DNA from: an uncultured bacterium
GTDB lineage: Bacteria; Verrucomicrobiota; Kiritimatiellia; RFP12; UBA1067
NCBI GenBank assembly: GCA_902775595.1
Contig: CACYNF010000001.1
Coordinates: 15,165 to 79,164 of the forward strand
Reading direction: 5' to 3'
DNA: 64,000 nt
Shown: positions 18,269-28,988 of the stretch, in pieces
How the letters are laid out: each line of letters starts with the position of its first letter
Numbering within the stretch: position 1 is the stretch's first letter
Notes under the pieces: generated by a model
Told to the model about the DNA's origin: nothing
Databases searched by the model: none
Seen by the model: the letters and a program-made list of their open reading frames with translations, nothing else
Translations under genes and position numbers: made by a program

Positions 18269-19366
18269 TCAGCGCTGGCGGCGGAAAAGGTAGATGCCGA
18301 CGGCGAGGAACACGAGATGCGGCAGAACCGCTGCGAGGATAGGCGGGATCCAGCCGATGTCCGAGCAGACCATGCAGCCCATTACAAGGCCGTAGAACGC
18401 GAAGAACATTGCGAGCGCACCGACAATGCCCTTGAACACGCTCTGCCGCCCCGAGGCAATGCCGGCGGGGATGGCGAAAAGCGTGATCACGAGGCAGGCG
18501 AGGGGCGCCGTGATCTGGGCCCATGTGTCGTAGCTGTACTTCCTGCGCATCTTCTCGGAGAGGTCGGGGTGGTGCCTCATGTATCTCAGCCGGTCCGCGA
18601 CCGAGTTGTAGGCCCAGTCCCTGTTCTGCATGATGAAGTCCCCCGGACGCTCCCCGAACTGCGGGAACGACCTCGTTGAAAGCGCGTCGAGCTCGGGCGT
18701 CGGCGAGGCGACCTCGCGGCCGGACGCGTCATAGTGCTGCACAGTCACGCCCGTCATCCACCACTCGCCGTCGAGGTAGTCGGCGCGATCCGCGGAGACG
18801 TTCATGAGCCGGGCGCCGTTCGGCCTGTCTATCGTGACGCGCACGTCCTTGAGGTGCTCGCCGTACGCGTCGAGCATCACGTCTATCGACCATGTCCTGT
18901 CGGCCTTGGCGTTTCGGAAGACGATGTTGTCGGCACGCGCCGCCTTCGCGACCTCGAACCTCTCGTTGCGGAGCTGCTTCGCCCACTGCGCGACCCGCGG
19001 CACGTACCACTCGTCGACCCACGCGACGAAGCAGGCCATCGCGAGGGCGACGGCGAGGAGCGGCTTCACTATCGTGAAGAAGCTGATGCCGTTCGCGCGC
19101 ATCGCGACGATCTCGGAGTGGCGGCAGAACGTCCACATCGTGTAGAGCGTCGCGAGCATGAGCGCCGCAGGCGCGAGATACTGGAAGAACGGCGCGAGGT
19201 AGGCGCAGAAGTACTTGACGACGGTCAGGGCCGGCGGCTTTGCGTCTGCAATGCGCGAAAACGATCCCGAGAGCTCGAAGAGGACATAGATAGAGACGAA
19301 CCCGCACAGACAGTAGAAGAGCGGGACGAGGAACTCCCTGAAGACGTATCGCGTCAGTATTCGCAT
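18269..19366 (-). CDS. LptF/LptG-family LPS export permease
   Basis: 365 aa with a YjgP/YjgQ pattern: MRILTRYVFREFLVPLFYCL, a periplasmic beta-jellyroll middle and C-terminal TM helices. Confidence 0.85.
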   Translation of the reverse strand: MRILTRYVFREFLVPLFYCLCGFVSIYVLFELSGSFSRIADAKPPALTVVKYFCAYLAPFFQYLAPAALMLATLYTMWTFCRHSEIVAMRANGISFFTIVKPLLAVALAMACFVAWVDEWYVPRVAQWAKQLRNERFEVAKAARADNIVFRNAKADRTWSIDVMLDAYGEHLKDVRVTIDRPNGARLMNVSADRADYLDGEWWMTGVTVQHYDASGREVASPTPELDALSTRSFPQFGERPGDFIMQNRDWAYNSVADRLRYMRHHPDLSEKMRRKYSYDTWAQITAPLACLVITLFAIPAGIASGRQSVFKGIVGALAMFFAFYGLVMGCMVCSDIGWIPPILAAVLPHLVFLAVGIYLFRRQR

Positions 19367-19374
19367 GTCGGTAA

Positions 19375-19383
19375 ATTATACCA
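19375..19383 (-). promoter_or_regulatory. extended -10 box TGGTATAAT, 9 nt from the lptF/G ATG (candidate leaderless)
   Basis: attatacca on the plus strand; ATG at 19366. Confidence 0.6.
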
Positions 19384-19467
19384 CAATCCGGCGTTCCCGT
19401 GTGCGCCACGAAAGAAAAGGGCGCGGCAGATGTGCCGCGCCCTTCCCTGTGCATCTATACGCAAACG

Positions 19468-20508
<1,041 letters not shown>

Positions 20509-20579
20509 TTAAGAATGCCACGCCAGCCCATAGCGCGCTGAGCCGTCAGGCGAGGCTCGCGACGGGCCGACGCCCCACT

Positions 20580-20810
20580 TCACGCCTTGACGACCTTGCC
20601 CGCCTTGATGCAGCGGGCGCAGACTGTCATGCGCTTCGTGTTGCCCTTGCCGTCCGTCGCGCGGACGGTCTGGAGGTTCGGAAGGAAGCGGCGCTTCGTG
20701 ATGCCGGTCGTGTGGAGACCGATGCCGCCCTTGTACTTCGGCGAACCCTTGCGGACGACGACATTGCCGACCGAAGGCCCCTTGCCGCAGATTTCACAGA
20801 CTCTTGACAT
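20580..20810 (-). CDS. rpmB: 50S ribosomal protein L28
   Basis: 76 aa: MSRVCEICGKGPSVGNVVV...RRFLPNLQ. Confidence 0.93.
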   Translation of the reverse strand: MSRVCEICGKGPSVGNVVVRKGSPKYKGGIGLHTTGITKRRFLPNLQTVRATDGKGNTKRMTVCARCIKAGKVVKA

Positions 20811-20834
20811 TTTCGTGTTCCTTTCGTCTGGGGG

Positions 20835-22595
20835 TTAGTTGGACTCGCCGGGCTGCCACTCGACGTTGGCGAAGGCGTTGTCGAACGCGGCGGAAAGACC
20901 GCCGAGCGACTCGCTGCCGGCCGTCTTGGTGGAGCCGGTCGCGGGAGTCTCGCCCGCGGCCTCCGCCTCGAGGGCCTTGACTTCGTCCTCGGTCATCGAC
21001 ATCGCGCGGATGGAGAGCCCTATGCGGCGCTCTGCGCGGTCGACCTTGACAACCCTGGCCTCGACCTCCTGGCCGACGTCGAGAGCGTCCTTGACCTTCT
21101 CGACGCGCTGGTCGGAGATCTGGGAGATGTGGACGAGACCGTCAACGCCGTCCTCGAGCTCGACGAACGCGCCGAACGAGGCGACCTTGGAGACCTTGCC
21201 CTTGACGACCATGCCGACCGGGTACTTGGTGGCGATTTCCGTCCACGGATCGGTCTGGGCCTGCTTGAGGCCGAGGGAGATGCGCTGCTCCTTCGGGTTG
21301 ACGTCGAGAACGACCGCCTCGACTTCCTGGCCCTTCTGGAGGCACTCCGACGGATGGTTGATCTTCCTCGTCCAGCTCATGTCGCTGACGTGGATCATGC
21401 CGTCGATGCCCTCCTCGAGCTCGACGAACGCGCCGTAGGCCGTGAAGTTGCGGACCTTGCCCTTGACCTTCGAGCCGACCGGGAAGCGGTCCTGGACCGT
21501 ATCCCAGGGGTTGTCCTGCGTCTGGCGGATGCCGAGGGCGATCTTCTGGTTCTCGACGTCGATCGAGAGAACGACGACCTGGACCTCGTCGCCGACGGAG
21601 AGCATGTCGCTCGCGCGGGCGACGCGCTTCGTCCAGCTGAACTCGGAGATGTGGACGAGACCTTCGATGCCGGGGGCGATCTCGACGAACGCGCCGTAGG
21701 CGGCGAGGTTGACGACCTTGCCCATGACGCGCGCTCCGACCGGGAACTGGTCCTGAATCGCGTCCCACGGATTGGGCATCGTCTGCTTGAGGCCGAGCGA
21801 CACGCGCTCGCGCTCGCGGTCCACGTCGAGGACCATGACGTCGAGCTCCTGGCCGACCTTGATGAGCTCGCTCGGGTGCTTGACGCGGGCCCAGCTCATG
21901 TCGGTGATGTGGAGGAGTCCGTCGATGGCGTCCTCGATCGAGACGAACGCGCCGAAGTCGGTGATGTTCTTCACGCGGCCCTTGCGGATCTCGCCCTTCT
22001 GGAGCGAGGCGAGGAGCTCGGCCTTCTTCTCGGCCTGCACGCCCTCGATGAGCTCGCGGCGCGAGACGATGAGGTTGCGGCGCTCGTTTGAAATCTTGAT
22101 GACCTTGAAGTCGTAGGTCTGCCCGACGTAGGGCTCGAGGTCCTTGACCGGGGTGACTTCGATCTGGCTGCCGGGGAGGAACGCCTCCACGTCGTCGATC
22201 TGGACGAGGAGACCGCCGCGGACGGCGCTCTTGATCGTGCCCGTGACGACGCATCCCTCGACATAGCGCTCGAGGATCTTCTCCCAGCGGATCTTCTCGT
22301 CAGCGGCGCGCTTGGAGAGGACGACCATGCCGGTCTTGTCGTTCTCGAGCTCGCGGAGCATGACCGTGACCTTGTCGCCGGGCTTGACTTCGGCGCCTTC
22401 GCCGAATTCGGAGATGTCGATCGAACCCTCGGACTTGTAGCCGATGTCGATAAAGACGTCGTCGCCCTTGATTGCGCTTACGGTGCCTTCAACGAGGCTG
22501 CCGTTCTTGAACTTCGACTCCTGCCCTGCCTGGGCGAGAAGCTCCGCCATCGCGGCGGACTTTTCTCCCTTGGGAGTCGGCTTTCTGATTGCCAT
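20835..22595 (-). CDS. rpsA: 30S ribosomal protein S1
   Basis: 586 aa with six S1/OB repeats (recurring G.V..I..FGAFV....G..GL.HIS pattern). Confidence 0.96.
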   Translation of the reverse strand: MAIRKPTPKGEKSAAMAELLAQAGQESKFKNGSLVEGTVSAIKGDDVFIDIGYKSEGSIDISEFGEGAEVKPGDKVTVMLRELENDKTGMVVLSKRAADEKIRWEKILERYVEGCVVTGTIKSAVRGGLLVQIDDVEAFLPGSQIEVTPVKDLEPYVGQTYDFKVIKISNERRNLIVSRRELIEGVQAEKKAELLASLQKGEIRKGRVKNITDFGAFVSIEDAIDGLLHITDMSWARVKHPSELIKVGQELDVMVLDVDRERERVSLGLKQTMPNPWDAIQDQFPVGARVMGKVVNLAAYGAFVEIAPGIEGLVHISEFSWTKRVARASDMLSVGDEVQVVVLSIDVENQKIALGIRQTQDNPWDTVQDRFPVGSKVKGKVRNFTAYGAFVELEEGIDGMIHVSDMSWTRKINHPSECLQKGQEVEAVVLDVNPKEQRISLGLKQAQTDPWTEIATKYPVGMVVKGKVSKVASFGAFVELEDGVDGLVHISQISDQRVEKVKDALDVGQEVEARVVKVDRAERRIGLSIRAMSMTEDEVKALEAEAAGETPATGSTKTAGSESLGGLSAAFDNAFANVEWQPGESN

Positions 22596-22741
22596 TTGTG
22601 CTTTTCTTTAGTTTGTTCGTGTGCGCGGTTTTCAGCCGCGTCCGCCCCGTTTTTGGGCGCGGAGCCATATAGTATATCAAAAATGCCCGTCGGAATGCAA
22701 TCAGGGGGGAGAAAAGACGTCGGAGGAAGGAGCCCGGCCGA

Positions 22742-23146
22742 TCACTCGTCGGCGGCAACCGGGCGGCGCAGGCGCTTCACCTCCGAATGCGCATGCTTGT
22801 CGGCGAGCATCTTCTGCTTCTGGCGGCGGCTGCGGCGGCGCTTCTGGCGGCGGATCTTCTCCGCCGCCTGCCGCGCGGCGGACTTGCGGCCGCGCTCGCG
22901 CTCGAGGATGAGCTCCGCGAGCATGCGGCGCGCTAGCCAGCGGTTCGTCTCGCGGCTCCTCGTCTCGCCGCAGCGCACGGAAAGCGCGCTCGGCTCATGC
23001 GAGAGCCGCACTACGTTCGACGTCTTGTTCGTCTTCTGCCCTCCCGGGCCCCCGCCGAGGATGAAGCTCTCTTCGAGATCCTCCTCGAAGACCGACGCCT
23101 CCTCCATGAGGGCGCGTATCTGCGCGATCGTCTCGGGCGAAATCAC
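22742..23146 (-). CDS. small class-I release-factor-domain protein (ArfB/YaeJ-like, GGQ motif)
   Basis: ORF 22742..23554 trimmed to GTG 23146, giving a GTGA overlap with the DUF2062 stop. It has GGPGGQKTNKTSNVVRLSHEP and a Lys/Arg-rich C-terminal tail. 134 aa. Confidence 0.7.
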   Translation of the reverse strand: MISPETIAQIRALMEEASVFEEDLEESFILGGGPGGQKTNKTSNVVRLSHEPSALSVRCGETRSRETNRWLARRMLAELILERERGRKSAARQAAEKIRRQKRRRSRRQKQKMLADKHAHSEVKRLRRPVAADE

Positions 23147-23634
23147 TCGCCGCCCCCGTTCTCCAGCATCCGCGCCTTGCGCTTGGCGCGCCACGCGCGG
23201 GAGCGGACCACCATGCGCTTCACGGCGAAGTAGGCGATGGGCGTGATGACTATCGCCAGGAGAAAGCCCCCGAGGAAGAACGAGGCCATCACCTCCGCAC
23301 CGAGCCTCCTCACCGCCGCCCATGTCCACTCGGTGTTGGCGAGCTTCGAATAGGTGAGGGAGCCTCCGAACAGCAGCCTGTTCACGACGAACGTCTGCGC
23401 AGGGTATATGAAGAATATCGAGACGGGATTCGTGATGAAGGTGCCGAGCGTCGCGCCTATCTTGCTGACGCGCATCATCATCGCGAGCGGAATCGAGATT
23501 ATGAGCTGAAGGCCGAAGGGAACGGCGCAGCCGACGAATACGCCAAGCGCCCACCCGGCGGCGATGTCCTCCGGCGGAAGAGGGTCGTGGACCATCTTCT
23601 CCCTGAGTCGCCGGAAATAGGCGCGCACGTCCAT
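23143..23634 (-). CDS. DUF2062-family membrane protein
   Basis: ORF 23143..24342 trimmed to MDVRAYFRRLREK (ATG 23634). Core sequence AAGWALGVFVGCAVPFGLQLIISIPLAMMMRVSKIGATLGTFITNP. Confidence 0.7.
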   Translation of the reverse strand: MDVRAYFRRLREKMVHDPLPPEDIAAGWALGVFVGCAVPFGLQLIISIPLAMMMRVSKIGATLGTFITNPVSIFFIYPAQTFVVNRLLFGGSLTYSKLANTEWTWAAVRRLGAEVMASFFLGGFLLAIVITPIAYFAVKRMVVRSRAWRAKRKARMLENGGGE

Positions 23635-23636
23635 CG

Positions 23637-24830
23637 TCAGACCGTGTGCACGAAGAGCCCCGAACGGAGTTTCGGCTCGAACCAGGTGGACTTCGGGGGC
23701 ATTATCGCCCCGGCGTCCGCTATCGCCATCATCTCCTCGACGGTGACGGGCTCCATCGCGAACGCGACGGCGTTTTCGCCCGAGTCGACCTTCGCGGCAA
23801 GCGCCGCGTCGCCGCGTATCCCGCCCATGAAGGAAATCCTCTTGTCTGTTCGCGGGTCGCCGATTCCGAGGACCGGCGCGAGCAGATTGTCCTGCAGATA
23901 GCTCACGTCGAGCGACGAGACGACGTCGGCCCCGGCGGGGACGTCCCACGAAAGATCGAACCACTTCCCGCGGAAGTACATGCGGCAGTTGCGCGACCCC
24001 CTCTGCCCGATCGCGAAGTTCTCGCTGACGCGCGACATGAACTCGTAGTCGGAAAGGCCGTTTAGATCCGCGACAAGCCGGTTGTACGCGAGGATCTTGA
24101 GCTGGCTGGCGGGGAAAGCGACGGCGAGGAAGTACCTGCTCTCGCCCTCGAAGCCGCGCTCCTTCGCGTAGCGCGACGCCGCTGCGCTGCGGTGGTGGCC
24201 GTCGGCGATGTAGGCGACGGGGATGCGCGCGAAGAGCTCCTGCAGCTCGTCGGCCATGCAGGACGAGGCCGGTGCGATCTCCCAGACCGTGTGGCCTATG
24301 CCGTCGTCCGCGACGAAGTCGTAGAGAGGCTCGTTCCTGCATGCGGCGGCGACGATCTCGTCTATGGCCCTGTCGTCGCGGTAGGTGAGGAACGCCGGGC
24401 CCGTGTGCGCCTGCAGCGTCTCGATGTGGCGCGTGCGGTCGTCCTCCTTGTCCTTCCTCGTCTTCTCGTGCTGCTTGAGGACGCCGGCGAGGTAGTCCTG
24501 GGTGTCGAAGGTGGCGACTATGCCCGTCTGGCTGTGAGAGCCCATCGTCTGGCGGTAGGCGTAGAACTTCGGCTCCGCGTCGCGCACGAGAGTGCCGTCC
24601 GCGACGAGCGCGTCAAGCGCCTTCTTCGCCTGGGCGTACGCCTCGGGCGAGGAGCAGTCGGTCCCGTCCGGAAGGTCTATCTCGGGGCGGGAGACGTGGA
24701 GAAAGCTCTTGGGGTTGCCGGCGGCGAGGGCCTTGGCCTCGGCCGTGTCGACCACATCATAAGGAACGGACGCGACAAGCGCCGCGTCCCCCCGGTTCGG
24801 CCTCACGGCCGCGAATGGATGTATGTTCAT
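23637..24830 (-). CDS. DUF1015-family protein
   Basis: 397 aa starting MNIHPFAAVRPN..., with the conserved IADGHHRSAAA. This is the whole-length pattern of DUF1015. Confidence 0.8.
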   Translation of the reverse strand: MNIHPFAAVRPNRGDAALVASVPYDVVDTAEAKALAAGNPKSFLHVSRPEIDLPDGTDCSSPEAYAQAKKALDALVADGTLVRDAEPKFYAYRQTMGSHSQTGIVATFDTQDYLAGVLKQHEKTRKDKEDDRTRHIETLQAHTGPAFLTYRDDRAIDEIVAAACRNEPLYDFVADDGIGHTVWEIAPASSCMADELQELFARIPVAYIADGHHRSAAASRYAKERGFEGESRYFLAVAFPASQLKILAYNRLVADLNGLSDYEFMSRVSENFAIGQRGSRNCRMYFRGKWFDLSWDVPAGADVVSSLDVSYLQDNLLAPVLGIGDPRTDKRISFMGGIRGDAALAAKVDSGENAVAFAMEPVTVEEMMAIADAGAIMPPKSTWFEPKLRSGLFVHTV

Positions 24831-24836
24831 CTTTTC

Positions 24837-25448
24837 TCAGAAGCCGACGTTGAGGATCGGCATGAACTGGAACTCAGCGTCGCGGATTATGTTGACAAGC
24901 CCGAGCTGGAAGCCGTACATCGTCTCGCTGCGGTTGATGAGGCCGATCTGCAGGCCCTGCGAGTCGCCGGAGACGTTGATCAGTCCGAACTGCACGCCGC
25001 GGTGGCTCATCGACTCGTTCCAGAGGCCGACCTGGATGCCGAAGAGGTCGCCGCGCGCGACGGAGTTGTAGCAGCCGACCTGGATGCCGGCGCAGGAATC
25101 CCTGACGTCGTTCCTGAGCACGTTGAGCTGCACGCCCTCGAAATACTCGGAACGGCCCCAGAGGCCCACGTCGAACCCGGTGACGTTCTCCTGCTTGGTG
25201 GAGCAGGGCACGGTTATGCGGAGCCCGACAAGGTCGGGGGTCTCGGGGAAGTCCCATATCGCGATGAAGGCGGGCCACAGCGCGACGTTCTTGCGCGGTG
25301 CGTCAACCTTTACTGCGAGTCCCCCGTTGTCGTCAGTGGCGAGATCTTCAGCTACATCCTCGACCGTAACCACTTCAGGTTCCGCGGGCGCGGCCCAGGA
25401 AGGAAGCGCGAAAGCGGCAAGCGCGGCGATTGCAATGAGTTTCTTCAT
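24837..25448 (-). CDS. secreted repeat protein (G-x-Q-x-G-L-x-N type beta repeats)
   Basis: Signal peptide MKKLIAIAALAAFALPSWA, followed by the repeats GVQLNVLRN, GIQVGCYN, GIQVGLWN, GVQFGLIN, GLQIGLIN and GFQLGLVN. Confidence 0.65.
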   Translation of the reverse strand: MKKLIAIAALAAFALPSWAAPAEPEVVTVEDVAEDLATDDNGGLAVKVDAPRKNVALWPAFIAIWDFPETPDLVGLRITVPCSTKQENVTGFDVGLWGRSEYFEGVQLNVLRNDVRDSCAGIQVGCYNSVARGDLFGIQVGLWNESMSHRGVQFGLINVSGDSQGLQIGLINRSETMYGFQLGLVNIIRDAEFQFMPILNVGF

Positions 25449-25509
25449 ATGTCACTCCTATTGGCTGTATTGCGGTTATTATAAACTATTCCCGTCGTTT
25501 TGGCAACCG

Positions 25510-26004
25510 TCATTCTACGACGACTTTGCGAATCACGACGGCCTCCTCTGGCACGTTCTCGTGGGGCCCCACCGATCTCGTGCGCGACTTTGCTATCGCG
25601 TCCACCACCTCCATGCCGTCTGTCACGCGGCCGAAGACGGCATAGCCGTAGCCCCGCGCCGTGGGAGCCGTGAAGTCGAGAAAGCCGTTGTCCACGAGAT
25701 TGATGAAGAACTGGCTCGTCGCGGAGTTAGGGTCCATCGTGCGGGCCATCGCGATGGTGCCGCGCGCGTTCGAAAGCCCGTTCATCGATTCGATCATGAT
25801 CGGCGTGCGAGTCTCCTTCTGGTTCATGTCGCGCGTGAAGCCGCCGCCCTGGATCATGAACCCGTCTATGACGCGGTGGAAGATCGTGCCGTCGTAGAAG
25901 CCGCTCTTCGCGTATTCCGCGAAGTTCGCGACTGTCGCCGGGGCCTTCTCGCCGTCAAGTTCGAGCGTTATCGTGCCCTTTGAAGTCTCAATGGTAGCTT
26001 TCAT
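25510..26004 (-). CDS. ppiB: peptidyl-prolyl cis-trans isomerase, cyclophilin type
   Basis: 164 aa with [14 protein letters not shown] and [10 protein letters not shown]. No signal peptide. Confidence 0.93.
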   Translation of the reverse strand: MKATIETSKGTITLELDGEKAPATVANFAEYAKSGFYDGTIFHRVIDGFMIQGGGFTRDMNQKETRTPIMIESMNGLSNARGTIAMARTMDPNSATSQFFINLVDNGFLDFTAPTARGYGYAVFGRVTDGMEVVDAIAKSRTRSVGPHENVPEEAVVIRKVVVE

Positions 26005-26011
26005 GGCGCAG

Positions 26012-26020
26012 ATTATACCA
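26012..26020 (-). promoter_or_regulatory. extended -10 box TGGTATAAT, 8 nt from the ppiB ATG (candidate leaderless)
   Basis: attatacca on the plus strand; ATG at 26004. Confidence 0.6.
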
Positions 26021-27428
26021 AAGTTCCCCGTATCTCTTCAAATGCCTTCGACACCTTCAGGAGCTTCGTCTCCTCGAAAGCGCCACATATGAACTGCACG
26101 CCGACAGGCATCTTCGTGTCGCGCGTGAAGCCCGCGGGAACCGACGACGCGCACACGCCCGCGAGCGCGGACGGAATCGTGAACAGGTCGTTCAGGTACA
26201 TCGTGAGCGGGTCCTGCAGCTCCTTGAACTTGAACGCAGGCGTAGGAGCGCAGGGGGAGAGGAGCGCATCGCACTTCCCGAAGGCCTCGGCAAAGTCGCG
26301 CGTTATGAGCGTCCTGACCTTCTGCGCGCGCCCGTAGTAGGCGTCGTAGTACCCGCTTGAAAGGACGTAGGTCCCCATGATTATGCGGCGCTTGACCTCG
26401 GGACCGAAGCCCTCGGCGCGCGACTTCGTGTAGAGGGAGAACACGTCCTTAGACTCGGCGGAGCGGTGCCCGTAGCGAACGCCGTCGAACCTCGCGAGGT
26501 TCGCGCTCGCCTCGGCGGGCGCTATGATGTAGTAGACGGCCATCGCGTACTCGGTGTGCGGGAGCGACACCTCGACGAGCTCCGCGCCGGACTGCTCGCA
26601 CTTCGCGAGCGCCTCCTCGGTGATGCGCTTCACCTCGGGATCCATGCCCTTGACGTCGAAATACTCCTTCGCGACGCCGATGCGAACGCCCTTCATGGAC
26701 GCGCCCTCGATCGCCGCCGCGTAGTCCGGAACCGGATCCCTCGGCGTCGTGCCGTCCATCTCGTCGTGCCCCGCGAGCGCGCCCAGGAGAATCGCCGCGT
26801 CCTCCACCGACTTCGTCATCGGCCCGACCTGGTCGAGCGAGCTCGCGAAGGCGGTGACCCCGTAGCGGCTCACGCGGCCGTACGACGGCTTCACGCCGAC
26901 GCAGTTGCAGAAGCTCGCCGGCTGGCGTATCGACCCGCCGGTGTCCGTTCCGAGGGCCGCGATGCAGAGGTTGCCGCCGACCGCAGCCGCGCTGCCGCCG
27001 GAGCTGCCGCCGGGAACGCGCGAGAGGTCGTAGGGGTTGCGCGTCACGCCAAGCCCTGAGTTCTCAGTCGACGAACCCATCGCGAACTCGTCCATGTTGA
27101 CGCGCCCCGCGGGGATGAAGCCGTGCGACTTCATGTTCTTGATAACGGTCGCGTCGTACGGCGAGACATAGCCCTTCAATATCTTCGACGCGCACGTGCA
27201 CGGCTGGCCCGCGACGTTGATGAGGTCCTTGACCGCGATCGGCACTGCCTTCGGGTTTGCGCGGGCGAGCTCAAGCGCCTGCTCCTCGTCGAAGGTGAGG
27301 TAGGCGCCGATCTCCGCGTTCTTCGCATGGCAGCGGTCGATGACCGCCTGCGTCAGCTCGACGGAGGAGAACTCGCCCTTCGCGATCCCCTCCCGCGCCG
27401 CCTTGATTCCAAGTTCAAAGAGTTCCAT
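26013..27428 (-). CDS. gatA: Asp-tRNA(Asn)/Glu-tRNA(Gln) amidotransferase subunit A
   Basis: 471 aa with the amidase signature [11 protein letters not shown]...[12 protein letters not shown]. It follows gatC after 3 nt. Confidence 0.95.
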   Translation of the reverse strand: MELFELGIKAAREGIAKGEFSSVELTQAVIDRCHAKNAEIGAYLTFDEEQALELARANPKAVPIAVKDLINVAGQPCTCASKILKGYVSPYDATVIKNMKSHGFIPAGRVNMDEFAMGSSTENSGLGVTRNPYDLSRVPGGSSGGSAAAVGGNLCIAALGTDTGGSIRQPASFCNCVGVKPSYGRVSRYGVTAFASSLDQVGPMTKSVEDAAILLGALAGHDEMDGTTPRDPVPDYAAAIEGASMKGVRIGVAKEYFDVKGMDPEVKRITEEALAKCEQSGAELVEVSLPHTEYAMAVYYIIAPAEASANLARFDGVRYGHRSAESKDVFSLYTKSRAEGFGPEVKRRIIMGTYVLSSGYYDAYYGRAQKVRTLITRDFAEAFGKCDALLSPCAPTPAFKFKELQDPLTMYLNDLFTIPSALAGVCASSVPAGFTRDTKMPVGVQFICGAFEETKLLKVSKAFEEIRGTLV

Positions 27429-27431
27429 ACG

Positions 27432-27722
27432 TCAGCTCTCCGCCCCTTCTACGATCTTCGGAAGCAGGAATTCGTCGCCCACGCGCTCGGGCGCGTTGGC
27501 AAGGGCCGCTTCGCGGTCCAGCGACGGCCTCACGACGTCCTCGCGGAACGCGTTGACGAGCGTGCGCCCGTGCATCATCGGCTCGACGCCCTCGACGTCG
27601 ACCTCCGAAATCTTCTCCACGTACTTCACGATGTTCTCGAGCTGCGGCTGGAACACCGCCTTCTCCTCGTCGGTGAGCTCGAGCCGCGCCAGCTCCGCCA
27701 CATACGCAACGTCAATTTTCAT
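27432..27722 (-). CDS. gatC: Asp-tRNA(Asn)/Glu-tRNA(Gln) amidotransferase subunit C
   Basis: 96 aa: MKIDVAYVAELARLELTDEEK...FREDVV. Confidence 0.9.
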   Translation of the reverse strand: MKIDVAYVAELARLELTDEEKAVFQPQLENIVKYVEKISEVDVEGVEPMMHGRTLVNAFREDVVRPSLDREAALANAPERVGDEFLLPKIVEGAES

Positions 27723-27724
27723 TA

Positions 27725-27743
27725 CTGACTCCTGACTCCTGAC
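27725..27743 (-). repeat. tandem heptamer GTCAGGA (about 3 copies) forming the gatC leader and SD region
   Basis: The minus strand reads GGGGTCAGGAGTCAGGAGTCAGTAATG. Confidence 0.55.
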
Positions 27744-27752
27744 CCCTAACTT

Positions 27753-28922
27753 TTACCTAATCCACGTCGGGGTGATCCAGTTGCCGGCGGCGCGGAACAG
27801 CTGCCGCGGCTCGTCGCCGCCGTCTTCCTTCTCGACGGAGTCGACGACGAAAAGCGCCTTGTCGCGCCCGGCGACGAGATGGCGGCCGTCGCGCGACCAC
27901 ACGGGATGCTCCCAGCTGCCGGGCGAGGTCACGAGCTTCGCGGACTGTTCGCCTGCCTTCGGGTCCATCACCGCGATCTGGGCAAGCCCGCCCCGCTTGG
28001 TGATGTAGGTGATGCGGCCGTCGGCGCCCCAGTCCGGATCGACGTTCTGCGAACCCTTCGAGGTAAGGCGGCGCTTCGCCTTCGTCGCGACATCGACGAC
28101 GTAGATCTGCGGGTGGCGCGTCTCGTCGGAGACATAGGCGATCTGCGTACCGTCGGGACTCCACGTCGGCTGCCCCTCGCTCGCCGTCCTGGTGTTGGTG
28201 AGCCGGGTGTAGCGCCCGCCGGAGAGGACGTAGAGCTCGGGATTGCCCTGGAACGACGCCGCGATCGCAACCTTGGTGCCGTCGGGCGAAATCGCCGCAG
28301 GAGACGAGATCCCCTTGAGGTTGAACGCAAGCTTGCGCTCTCCCGTCTCGACGTTGTGCTCGAAGATCTGCTGGCCGCCGTTTAGGTAGCCGATGTAGTA
28401 TACGGTCTTGGCGTCCTTCCAGCGGGGACCGACCGCGGCCTTGCCGTCGCTCGTCAGCTGGCGGACGTCCTGGCCGTCGGGGTAGCACATGCAGAGCTCG
28501 GAAGACTGCGGGCTCTTGCGCGAGACGAACACGATGCGGTCGCAGGCAAAGCCCTTCTGCCCGTCCTCCGACATCGCGGCGCACATGGCGTCGCTCATGC
28601 GGCGCGCGGCCATCCTGATCGACTTGTCGTCGCCGGCGGGCGTCGGCGCTCCGACCGACCTGCCTGCGCCCGAAGCCGTGACGGTGCCGCCTATCGCGCC
28701 CGTCACCTTGATTGCGCCGCCGTTCTCGACCTGGAAGCATCCGGTGAGCTCGAGGTTGCGCCTGAGGGTCTTCGCATAGGTGTCGGATCCTGCGCCCGTC
28801 ACGCTGATGGAGACCGTCTTCTTCTTGTGCAGCCCGACGCCGGTGACGTCGACTATGGTCGCGCAGTTCCCGGCGATCGCCGCCGCAACCGCACACGCAA
28901 AAACCAAGGTTTTATTTGTCAT
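27753..28922 (-). CDS. TolB-like beta-propeller periplasmic protein
   Basis: 389 aa with a signal peptide, an N-terminal TolB-like domain and WD40-like blades (SPDGTKVA, SPDGTQIAYVS, WSRDGRHL). Confidence 0.75.
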   Translation of the reverse strand: MTNKTLVFACAVAAAIAGNCATIVDVTGVGLHKKKTVSISVTGAGSDTYAKTLRRNLELTGCFQVENGGAIKVTGAIGGTVTASGAGRSVGAPTPAGDDKSIRMAARRMSDAMCAAMSEDGQKGFACDRIVFVSRKSPQSSELCMCYPDGQDVRQLTSDGKAAVGPRWKDAKTVYYIGYLNGGQQIFEHNVETGERKLAFNLKGISSPAAISPDGTKVAIAASFQGNPELYVLSGGRYTRLTNTRTASEGQPTWSPDGTQIAYVSDETRHPQIYVVDVATKAKRRLTSKGSQNVDPDWGADGRITYITKRGGLAQIAVMDPKAGEQSAKLVTSPGSWEHPVWSRDGRHLVAGRDKALFVVDSVEKEDGGDEPRQLFRAAGNWITPTWIR

Positions 28923-28988
28923 GTCTTTCCCCTTTCAACTTCTGCTTTAAACTTTGCTCTTCAAACTTTCAACTTTCAACTTTAAACT
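28923..28988 (-). repeat. AT-rich degenerate tandem octamer (AAAGTTKR) spacer between argJ and the tolB-like gene
   Basis: The minus strand reads AAAGTTTAAAGTTGAAAGTTGAAAGTTTGAAGAGCAAAGTTTAAAGCAGAAGTTGAAAGGGGAAAGACATG. The same word family occurs at 45675-45761. Confidence 0.65.
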
